Below, piece after piece: positions 12,396 to 22,900 of a stretch of 64,000 bases of DNA. This stretch comes from Takakia lepidozioides (lineage: Eukaryota > Plantae > Bryophyta). The notes below the pieces were generated by a model. That model was not told the origin of the DNA and did no database searches. It saw nothing but the letters and a program-made list of their open reading frames with translations. The stretch is taken from the NCBI GenBank assembly GCA_030704615.1, contig CM060733.1:31992001-32056000 (forward strand). The letters run 5' to 3'. Both the position numbers and the translations under genes were made by a program. How positions within the stretch are numbered: position 1 is the stretch's first letter; every line of letters begins with the position of its first letter.

Positions 12396-12941
12396 ATGGC
12401 ATCTCCTTCCCACTCTGAGCCGCTGTTTCCTGAGATTACTCCTGAACTCAACTTTGAGCTTACCTTTTTGCATGAATTACGAGTCCGTCTAAGCAAAGAT
12501 ATCTGCAAATACGCTCCTGTTGATAACAAGGAAGCATGGACACGTGAAGAAATCGTGTTGGACACTCCCTCTGATTACTGGATTGCCAAATTTGAAGAGG
12601 AGACTGTTGAGGAGGTTGCGAAAATTACAACCACTGCCGCTCAAAAACGTGAGCAGAAGCGCAAAGTGGACGAAGCACTGCAGGGGGCTTGGGCTGGGAA
12701 ATTGTTGCAGGAACTGCACGCGGAGGAGATTACTCAGCGCATCCCATTTTCAGTGCTCAAACGTCGAATGAGTGCTGGTGAACGATTCAGCTGGGCGGAA
12801 ATAGGTGTTCCTAAGTTTACAATTTCCCGTGAGCTTGGCCGTGATTTGGAAAGCTTCTTGCATCCCAACAGGCCTAATCATTTGAGGCTTTGGGAATTTG
12901 TCAGAGGGTGGCATGGCTATTGTATTTGCCAATCTTCGTGA
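12396..12941 (+). CDS. Hypothetical ~181-aa protein lying antisense between the two ParB-like paralogs
   Basis: Uninterrupted ORF with protein-like composition (MASPSHSEPLFPE...LWEFVRGWHG); family not recognised. Confidence 0.45.
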   Translation: MASPSHSEPLFPEITPELNFELTFLHELRVRLSKDICKYAPVDNKEAWTREEIVLDTPSDYWIAKFEEETVEEVAKITTTAAQKREQKRKVDEALQGAWAGKLLQELHAEEITQRIPFSVLKRRMSAGERFSWAEIGVPKFTISRELGRDLESFLHPNRPNHLRLWEFVRGWHGYCICQSS

Positions 12942-12961
12942 GGCCAAGATGAGTAGAGTAC

Positions 12962-14912
12962 CTGCCACCACCAAGTGGCCTTGTCCACCCAATCATTGAA
13001 TTCCTTGTCCGTTGGTGACACCGGGAAGATTCTCCTGTTGGCCGGCGGCAAATTCCATAGTTTCAACCACCCTATCTTCGCCTCTGCAGAAACGAGGCTA
13101 GTGGCAACCATCTGAAGTTTCTCAAGAGTCATCTCCGCTCTATCCAGGGCTCGCAACTTGTTGTAGTATGTTGTTATCTCAAAAAGGAACCCGTCGCCAA
13201 GGGCTGGATCACAGATAGAACTGTACTTGGCAATCTTTGAGTGCCATTTAGTCTTATAGATTGCCAAGTTTGCATCAAGAGCTGATTCCACAATCTCTGC
13301 ATTCTCCGGGGTGTTGGAAAGGTGGGAATACTCCGCCAGTGTATCATCCGTTATCTCCCGGAATGACTCCTGTGCCATGAACTCGACAAGGCCCTCCCGT
13401 GTCAATGTCATCCAATTTGTGTCTCGTTTGTTGAGGCACTTGAGGTACACCTCATCGGATAGTGAATTCTTGTACTGCTTGATTGAAGTTGTTGCGCATA
13501 GCTGGAAATAGTAAAGCTTGTGTGCCAGGTCGGACTTCACATTGCCCTCTTCTGTCACCCTGCATAACAACACTGGAGTAAGCTACAGGGAGAACAGCGT
13601 TGAGGAATGGGTAGTCGTTGCAGACTTCCCATACTATGGCAGTCCACAAAAGTAAGAAAACACCATTACATGCACAGCCATAGCAAGACCTGGGAAGTCG
13701 GTCCAGACTACACACTGCCATTGCATAGCTCTGACTGGGTAGTCGGCACAGACTACTCACTCTCATGCCAGACCACATATTGGGTAGTCAGCACGGACTA
13801 CCCGAGCAGAGAAGCTCACCATCAAACAGAATGAAATAGCATTGCATCAAACACAGCATGTTACAGAAAGCAACTGCAGAAGTCGGCATAGACTCCTCAG
13901 CACTGTCACTTTGCATGGGAAATCAGCACTGACTCTCCGCATCCTGCAGTTGGAGTAATCGCCGGGAAATGTTTGCGAATGTGAGCAGAACACTACATGA
14001 TTGACAATAGAAACAATGCTCATATGAGCAGACTATGAATAAACGTGAGCAGTCTTACACGTTCATGCAATTCATGGCCCTTCTGACCAAAGCGATGTCC
14101 TCTTGCTTCACATCCAGAATCTTCGCATTGACTGCATAGTGCCATTCGGGGTCGTCAGCATGCTGCTCTGTTATCACATCCATCCACGCCAAGTAGCGGT
14201 GGTTGCCGTCATAGATATACAACCATTGGCTGCTCAAGAACTCCCAGGTGGTGCCCTTGATGGCCTCCTCAAAGCAGCGGTCCTCCTCCTGCCAATGCAT
14301 GTCCCAGCTGGCTCTATCCTCGGCCGTGATTGAGGAAGCCACTCATGCGGTGTTGTTTGTTGCAAGCAAAAAGGACGCAAGGGCGTTGTTGTACCCATCT
14401 CCCTCAAAAAAAAGCTTCAGCTTCTCTACCACGGGCCTTTCAGCTCGCCGAATAGCGGGTAGCGTCCTCATCCTGCACAGGGGAACACGTGGAGGGTGGC
14501 CTTTTCGGAGAAGATATGAAATGGAGCTGTAGGTGTGGTTGAGGGCGCTGTCTCTCAACGTCTTTAGAGCTCTCTGCCGTCTCTTTGCAGTGAGCACCAC
14601 ATCTACGCCAGGCGCTGCTGGACCCTTGGCATGTTGACCCCTGTGCGAGCTCCCTGCCCCCGGCGACGAGCGGTTTGATACCGACATGGGCGAGCGATCA
14701 GATTTCTGCTGCCAAGAGGAGGATGGGGCGGAGGCGTCTGCAGATCCGGATTGCCCTTTCGTGGCGTTCCCTCGCGCCTTCCCTCGCCCGCGCGCCTGCT
14801 CGCTACTCTGCGAATTGGAAACAATGGTGCGGGTCCTCAGCACCATCTGCGAGGGTCTCTGCGAGGGTCTCTCAAGCTGAAAGTCGGGGTCGTCCTCACC
14901 AATAGCCTCCAT
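12962..14912 (-). pseudogene. ParB/Srx-like gene (paralog A), nonsense codon at 14343-14345, 3'-truncated
   Basis: ATG 14912 (MEAIGEDDPDF), exon 14912-14059 with IYDGNHRYLAW, exon 13559-12962. Aligns by eye to paralog B (WMTLTRE/WYSLTRE, DPALG/DPGLG, EMTLEKL/EMTQEKL, KATWWWQ/KATFWSQ) and shares two intron positions. Confidence 0.75.
13608..13940. repeat. Intronic array of 6 GGGWAGTC-N6-GACTWCCC palindromes
   Basis: AGTC cores at 13613, 13696, 13741, 13786, 13881 and degenerate 13921; three copies at a 45-bp period. Confidence 0.85.
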
Positions 14913-15209
14913 GGTTGCTGAAAAAACCGGGTGCACCCCTCCAAAAGCGTTGCGACGTACTGCTGCAATCCACGGAGGGGCAGAAGGCGTGGGCAGACTG
15001 AGCGATGAAGCGAAGGAGCAGGTGCGGGAGCGAAGAGGCGGTTTGGCGGAAGACGAGAAAGTGGCGGCTTGGTGGAAGTCGCTTCGCGGCGACGCTTCTG
15101 GAAGACGTTTCGAAGATGTGCCAGTACCATCGCAAGCCCCAACGGGTGCCTGAATGACACGTGCGTTGCCTGAAAGGTCGTAGTCATCACCTGAAAATGC
15201 ACAATTTCC

Positions 15210-15620
15210 AGCAAGCCTGCACAGACTTCCCGGCACTTCAATCCCCAACGCGTGACCACACGACACGTGCAGTGCCGCAAAACGTGACACGTAGCGCCTG
15301 AAGTGGAATTTTGCGGCAAGTCTGTGCAGACTTGCCGGTGATGCCTGCCTGATAATGATGTTTCTGGGAAGTCTGCCCAGACTTCCCGGATTACGTTTGC
15401 CTGAAAACGGGTAATTGCCGGGAAGTCTGTGACGACTTCCCGGCTGGTCTATCCCCAAATCTAAGGGTAGCCTGGACGCCTGACATTGCATGCGAGGACT
15501 GCCCGTCGGTTTTCCGGGAAGTCGGCACAGACTTTCCGGTGACATTGCTGTTAGTCCGCCCAAAGTAGGACTTTCGCGGCCGCCGGGGGTGCATTTCCGG
15601 TAAGTCGGCACCGACTTGGA
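15210..15620. repeat. Upstream array of 6 (CC)GGGAAGTC-N6-GACTTCCC(GG) palindromes
   Basis: Cores at 15214 (degenerate), 15319, 15370, 15424, 15520 and 15603. Confidence 0.85.
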
Positions 15621-16052
15621 CGTTATTTTGATGCCTGCCCCTAAAAACTGAGTCCCGGAAGGCTATTTTTACATCCGGGGGATGCTGTCGGCCAGGTGTC
15701 GGCCTCTCCCCCCGAGACAACTTCATCTGACCGGCCCCGGATGGAAATTCGGCGCCGTTTTTCCATCTAGCGGATATTCTCTGGTAGGCACGTGGGGCCG
15801 TCATCCTCCGATTTGACGCCATGTCGAATTAAATTCTGCCCCTCATTCCTGGGAGATGTTCACACCCGTCCAGTGAGACGAAGACTTGATGAGGCACCTG
15901 GCGGAGAAGAGGACATCCTTGGGGATGTGGCTCCTGAGATAATCTGCGGTGGAGCACTCGCGACTCCCGCTGGCTCTTCGGCAGATTATCCCAAGTAACG
16001 TGGCTCCCAATGGACGTTACCTAATACATAACTGCTATCTTTTATCACATAT

Positions 16053-16229
16053 CAAACATTATGTTTTTCTTAAAAGAAAATGACCTCAACAATAGTTTTT
16101 GAGGGCGGTCAAAAACAATTGTTGAGGTAATATCTATTTTCAAAACCATTATGTTTTTCTAAAAAAGAAAATTACCTCAATAATAGTTTTTGAGTGAGGT
16201 CAAAAACCATTGTTGAGGTAATATCTATT
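16053..16229. repeat. Two tandem ~88-bp AT-rich units, each containing a hairpin
   Basis: ACCTCAACAATAGTTTTTGA...TCAAAAACAATTGTTGAGGT repeated twice with few changes. Confidence 0.8.
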
Positions 16230-17199
16230 GGCAAGGACTACGCTCACCCCACGAGTTAAAGGCAATCGTGTGAGGTGGTGGGGCCCGCTGGCCTGAGCTA
16301 GGGAGCCTCTGGCATACTACCTGTCAAATCTTGTCCCCCACTGTGAAGGTGGAGAGCTCTCCACACCTCCCTCTCCCTACTCACGCTCCCCATTTTTAGG
16401 ACTATGTTCCCAAACATTCTCCAATTTGGTTCTCATGTTTCTGGTCCAAGATCCTTGCTCCCCACAGTGGGACAGAGGAGCGGGGACCACGAACAGCGGG
16501 GACCACGAACAGGGGATCTAGCTACATTTCAAAGGACGAGGACCGGGACCGGACCGGGCTATGGGCACGCCTTGCCATGGACTCTATGCACTTGTGGCCT
16601 ATCATGTGGGAGTGCTCTCCCATATCTCACACATATATGGCTCAATCTGAGGCAACTTATAGACGATATAGGTTCCCATATAGTGACTATCTTATAAGTG
16701 TATATGGTACTAAGTGTTGTTTTGGTTTTGCATATACATATTAATATCAATATATGAAGCGAGACGTTTGCTTTGTTTTATTTGGTTTGTTTGGTTTGTT
16801 TTGTAGCGTTGAGATGTCCCAAACTGTGGGGGGCCCAGGTGCTTGGTACGATTGGAAAGTCCTCGATGAGGAGGGGTGCACTGGCTTGGTCTCATGATTT
16901 TAAGCCCTCTCCCACTCCCTCTCCTTATCCCTACCCTAGCTTTCCCCCCCCATTCCCTCTCCCTTAATTCCCCTGTTATTTCCATCCCCTTCCTAGTACT
17001 TTGGCCCCCAGCTGATCGCCTTCCAGCCCGACCTTCCCACATGATGTTGCGGCCGGCCATTTAATCCTAGCAATCTACCCTCAACCATCTAATCCCATGT
17101 ACATTCTCTTTTCTTTTCCTAGCCCCACCCATCTCCCATCCAAAAGCCATTCCTATCTTCCGAAGCCCCTCTCCCCTTCACTAACCACCTCCTATTTCC

Positions 17200-17503
17200 T
17201 AGTTGCGACCCAAGGCGTCGCATACCTTTTGGGGCGTCGCAACAAGCCTCTGCGACGCCCAGAGGTCGCAACCCCCCATGAGCAGACGGGCCCTCGCCAC
17301 GCACCTAAGGGGGATAGGGTGCCGTTGCGACCCCCTGGCATCGCAGAGCCCCATGGGCATATCAAGACCACCGGGTCGCAACGCCCTCAGCGAGCTGGTG
17401 GGGGGAATGGGGTCACGTCCCCTTGCAGTCGTCGTGGGGTCGGCGCGTTCGGCACGGGGGTGGCTATGGGCGTTGCTAAACCCCCCCAAATGAAGTACTA
17501 ATG
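17200..17503. mobile_element. Probable orphan CACTA terminus with GCGAC/GTCGC subterminal repeats
   Basis: Reverse complement begins CATTAGTA...GGGGTTTAGCAACGCC, resembling CACTACAG...GGGGTTTGCGACGCC at 46492; many GCGAC/GTCGC motifs. Confidence 0.5.
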
Positions 17504-18899
17504 GGTAGCTTTTGACTATCGAGGTATGGAAATGGAAACTCAATCTGAAAAAATCACGAGGTGCTCATTTACAGTATCGCGCACCTCACTTGGGTGACTC
17601 CATTTCTTGTCATAGTTACTCGTTTTGGTGCGCGCACCTAGTTCCCAAACTGGGCGCGGGCCATCTTGGAACTTCGGCTATCAATTCCCTTGATCACTTT
17701 TCGGCTCGCTTGTTTGCTTTATAACTGATCGAACGGATACTAGTTAGCTATCCGGTATTAGAGGGGACCTAATCACCAGCTATGGCAACGATTGTGGCAA
17801 ATTTTCTCAAATTGTATGTTAGGAAGTGTGGTAGAACATCGATGTATGTTGTGGCACGATGCTTAGATGCATAACAGCTATCATGGTTTTATTATTATTT
17901 ATTATTATTTTTTCATAAATTATTTAAGGGAAACACCGGGAGTGAGAGCTCATACATTGGTTTTAGTTATGGAAGTTAGCTAAAAACAACAATTTTTAGC
18001 TACTTAGACATTATACATTCATATTTGCATGTGTTGGTATTATGACTTCATTAGGTCCATGTGCAGGTGGAGTAGATTTTCTCAAGTGAGAGTTGGGAAG
18101 GCTGTATCTTCTTCTAGTTGAGCCTTCCAATACCTCTTACACCTCCATAGCTCTAGTTCATGAGTAGGAGTGTGTGTGAGTGCTATATGGTGGATTCTTT
18201 GAGCTAAGGTGCCATTAGCTTAACTTTATTGAGTGATAGAGCGGGATTGTATTTGAAAGGGTTTGTGCTTGTTCTTTAGTGTGATGTGATTTCATGCTAG
18301 GAGAATATCTATTGCATTCTACAACCTTCATTCCAGTTCCATTATCTATTGTAGCATAGCTTTTTAGGATTGCATGCTAGGAAGTTTTAGGACAACAATG
18401 GCTGTTTGTGGCACAATGCTTAGATGCAAGACAAAACATTAAAAAGAGGAAAAGAAAAGAACGTTTGGTAGACCCGTCAGACCTCATAATAGATATAATT
18501 TGGCCTGGGTAGTAGAATCTCATAAAGTTGTAGCATATTCCTTACTGATAAAGTGTGGAAATTTCTTGCTCTGTCCTGAACGTTCTTACTTCTATCATTG
18601 AGCCTGGCAACAATAGACCTATATGGGAAATAGGTATCTTTGTCTACCACACCTGTTAGATGTCAAGTTAGGATAAGCTTCTCCCCACAGCTTACTGGGG
18701 TGCCCCTAATACACAGGACGTCCAAACCTGCAAGCCCTACCCTCACGCCACCTGGGCACTCTGGGGCTCCGGCTGGCTATACTTCTCATGGACTAATAAA
18801 ATGTATTGGCCACCTTTGTAAGCCAGAAAGATATATGCTTGGAAAAGTCTAGTTTCACAAAAGGTCACAACCCACTTCGAAAGAGACACTTGCTTCAAT

Positions 18900-19323
18900 C
18901 TCATGGAGCTTCAGGCGATACTCGGTCTCCTATGGACGCCGCAGAAATTGAGGCGCTTGCATTAACCTTGTGAAGCTACTAATTTCCCAAAAAGGCTGCA
19001 GCATTTGACAATTGGTATGTGAAGACTGCAACACATCTTGTCCATAGTGATGAAAACCTTAAAAGCAAGAGTAAGGAGTCTGCATGCACAACACATTTTA
19101 CCTTTTCATCCAGACTCACCACAGCACCGGGCACAACCAGGAAATTGAAACTGCAGAACACTTTTCTTTTATTGCCCTCTGTATTATGAGATCCATGGGA
19201 GATCCCACTGTGTATTCTGTGGAACTCAAATCTCTCACTGAAGTCTTTCATTATGAGGATTGGAAATGTTTGGCAGCTTACCTACACAAGGCCTTGACCC
19301 TTAGGCGATCCCTTGAGCAGTAG
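18900..19323 (+). mobile_element. Decayed LINE ORF2 3' fragment
   Basis: IETAEHF...EDWKCLAAYLHKALTLR resembles the C-terminal zinc-finger tail of non-LTR retrotransposons. Confidence 0.5.
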
Positions 19324-19504
19324 TTGCTTTTGGGCTGTTTTTTGGCTCTGGTTTTGTTTCCTCTCTCTTGTTTTTTCCCATTTTGTCCATTAAGCTCTTT
19401 GAGCTTTCCATGGAAGCTAACCATTTCATTCAATTTCATCTCCTGTATTTGAGCTTTCCACAGACAATATGAAGGTTCATTACATTTCATTCCTATCTCT
19501 CTGT

Positions 19505-19790
19505 ATATGTCTAGGCATAAGCGGTCCTCCCATTGCAGGTTTTCCCATCTACCAGTCTCTATCCGTAGATTGTGGGAGGCCACCCTGAACCAATCCTGAG
19601 GAGGGAGGGGGATAAAGGCGCCGCAAGGTAATTGGGCCGCAAGATTCTATCGTCACGGAGAACGAAGAATGTCTCCCAATAAAAATGAGGTTTTGTTGTG
19701 AGACTGGGTAGCTTCCAAGTTCTCCTGACATGTAGTTCCATAAGTTCTCTTCTGATGAGAAAGTACAAGCAGCCAAAAACAACTATTGTT
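19505..19790 (-). mobile_element. Decayed LINE ORF2 fragment (RTE/RTEX-like)
   Basis: SHNLRIETGRW...EDRLC motif and GELG segment. Confidence 0.65.
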
Positions 19791-19943
19791 CAAGGAATGG
19801 TCTAAGAGTCAACGCCTCGTGCAGATATGCTGCTAAGAAAGACAGAAAGGAACTTAGAACTAACAAGAAATCCGGAAACTGTAGCGAAGTGCCACACCTT
19901 TCAAAGCTACATGTGTGCATGAACCATGAATTCGCTAGGAAGA

Positions 19944-22900
19944 TCAATAACGCTCCATAAGCAGCTCCTCTGCATCTTGTCGTCCCTTATAAAATTTGAC
20001 TTCCGCCTTCACACATTTTAGCAAGAAAAAGAAAATTAGTATGAGTGCTTATATGCCAATTACAGTACACACTGGGTTGATCCAAGGTTGGCCCCTTGAT
20101 GGGCATGCGTTAGCAGTAGGCTACGTAAATTTACTGCAATTAAACAAACCTCAACTTTATCTCTTTTGGTCTGAACATACTGGATATTACTGAAGGTGTT
20201 TGAAGACAAAAACCTGATTTTACCTGGACATGTTCTTATAACTATGATTCTTCAACTCACAATCGATTCAACATGAATGTGCTTGTTTTGCTATACATAC
20301 CGTACGTATTGCAGATAGGGCAGTCACCAAGGGAATGCCGAGGAGCTCATGAAGGATCTTGTTCGCTTCCAGGGCTTTCACAGCCAGCTCCAATGCAACC
20401 GGCAAACGCTTGTTCTTCCCGGTCTCCAGAGTTTCTGTGGATTGTCCCCACCAATAAGTACATGAAAATAAAATGAGGGAATACCAGTTCAGTATTCTGG
20501 TTGATACATCATGTTTGTGTGCGTTTGCAGTGCGTGTGCAAGCCTGGCAGCCCTGGAAAAGGGCATCGGAGGTGCATAGTTGCATCACCAAAGCTTTGTC
20601 TAAGAAATAGCCGCATAAAACTTTGTATAAAACGGGCGTCTGAAGTCTGAAAGGGCAAGGTTGGTGGTCTATACGTGACAGATGCAGGTCTACAGCTCTA
20701 ATTCAAAACCGGGACATTTTTCACAGGATGAAGTGCATTAACTTTCTCCTTGAACCCAGAAAACATGCTCTGGCCAAGGAATACAAGGCAAACCACCCAG
20801 GAGGATGTGCTGTACTTCTTCTACATCATGAAAATAGTTAACACTCACATTTGACATCTGCAACCCAGTGAAGGTGATCTGATGAGATGACTCATCAGAA
20901 TCAGAAACTATTTGAGATTTTCCATCTTTCCCTCCTACAAAGTTTTTCCTATTATTTGTAAATGAATGTCAGAAGAGATCCAATCTGTCACTTCAAAACA
21001 GAGAATAGTAAGACTCTGTGCATAGACATTGATGTTGATAGTGGCATGGAGGGCCTTGAAACTAGAGTATTTAAATAGGATGAAACATTTATGAATAATT
21101 ATTGCAGGTGAAAGCATGTCTGCAATATGGATAACATAGCTTACCATTTGGCTCTGGAAGTTGAAGGTGCTGGCGTAAGCCGTCAATTCCAGCAGCAAGA
21201 ATGGATGCCAAAACCAGATGCGGATTTGCACATCCGTCGAAGGATCTGAATTCACAGTTGATGACCAAATCTGTCCAAGTGGTGGGCTGGATGTTCTCAT
21301 AGCTGTATCCCAAATGGGCTCAGTGCAAAGAATGTGTTAGAATTGGACCATAAGGCCCATATAGAGCCTACCCCCAACAAGAGCAGTACCCTGGCCTGCT
21401 AGGGGAAGCGCTCTTATTTACCCTAGCTTTGGCCAGTCCTCTCTCTCTCTCTCTAGAATTTGGAAGTGCAATTGATATTGACTCATAAGTCATTGGACAT
21501 AAGCATTCAGAAACAAGGAGTGAAAAGAGTCACGGGTTGAAGATTGATCATGCAAACTTAGTAAACGATGCATTGAGAAGAGCAATCAACCTGTTGGGAC
21601 TTGAAGCAGTGAATGCCAAAAGAGCAGGTAGATGAAGGAAAATCCCTGCCATGAACTCTTTGCCCACCTGGGAGATACCCTGCTTTCCACTGGAGCCCTC
21701 CCTGGCCATAAACAAGTTGGTGTCCCCTTGCCACAAGCTCAAGTGGATATGCGAACCACTCCCTGCATTAGTTTCAGAGAATCTGCCAATGCCAAGTTTG
21801 GAGGATCGCTGTCGCTCAAGGGCATCTTGGGAAAAAGTAGCACAAGGCATGATAGTCATGTTTTATAAATCGAGATTTATGCAATCTCTCATGCTTCAAT
21901 ATCTGCAGAAAATCGAGGCATGCCCCTGGGAACCTGTCCTTAGACTGTCAATAGCAGAAGGGCAAATACATCAGGAATTTGCAATACACTCACTTGGGTA
22001 AAAAGGTTGCATGGAGAAGAGACTTGTTGGCAACTGCAGTGACTGCTTCCCGCAGAAAGAGGACATTGTCAGCAGCAGACAGGCCGGGGGTGGGAGCAAG
22101 AGCCATCTTAAACTGGCCCCCACCCGACTCAGAGTGCATCTGCACAGGTTCACAAACCCTCATATCCCTAGTTCATCTAAAAACATCAATCTGAGTATTA
22201 TCCCCAAACATCTACTCTTTTCCTGTGGTTTGGCTGTCTCCTTCCTAACTAGTTTCTGTCGTGCGGGCCTCTCGGATTCCCACGTATGTGAAACTTTCTT
22301 CTGTGTAGGATGAACTCTCCAGCTACAAACTTTTCGAGAGTCCTGGGGAAGGAAAGGGACAGTTATAGCTCCACTGGAGGAGAAACAAATGCCTCTCAAG
22401 GCTCTGCATTTTTTCACTACAGAGGAGGGCACCTCGATGGAGAGATCAACCTTCTTCCTCTGAGTCCCTAAAGGTTACTTGGCATGCAGATGTCTTTGGT
22501 TAGTTACTAATCACACTGCATTGTCAGACGTGTGAGCTGGGACAGGAACACGTGGATTTGTAGAGAATTTTGGAAGGCAGGGCCCTATGGAAAGAGGATA
22601 TTGTTTCTGTTTAATGCTTGAAATGCCTGAGCTCCCGAGAACTAGATGTACAAGGATAATGATGTGACGGCTGATTCAGGTGCCTCATAGGCAATATCAA
22701 TTGACTCACGCCCCCACAATCGAAGTGCACCACATGCATGGATGGCCAGGTCATCATTGGGGTGGAACAGTCAATGTACACACCTCTGTCTGTCTGTCTC
22801 TCTCTTGCTTCTATCAAGGTAAGTACCCCTACTGGAGTGAGCCCCTCACCAGTGTTCTCTCTTGATCCACCCAAACTGGGCGTGGGGTGACCACAGGGCT

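Noticed and set aside
14913-15611. N-terminal 233 aa of the 422-aa ORF with SLCRLPG repeats
   Set aside because: The peptide repeats are just the translated DNA palindromes; the likely start is the ATG at 14912.
13608-15620. CRISPR-like repeat-spacer appearance of the palindrome arrays
   Set aside because: Repeats are degenerate, spacing is irregular, the context is eukaryotic and partly intronic, and no cas genes are present.
20879-20910. CTGATGAG as a hammerhead ribozyme core (also 39904)
   Set aside because: The motif is paired in a simple inverted repeat and lacks the GAAA/NUH three-stem arrangement.
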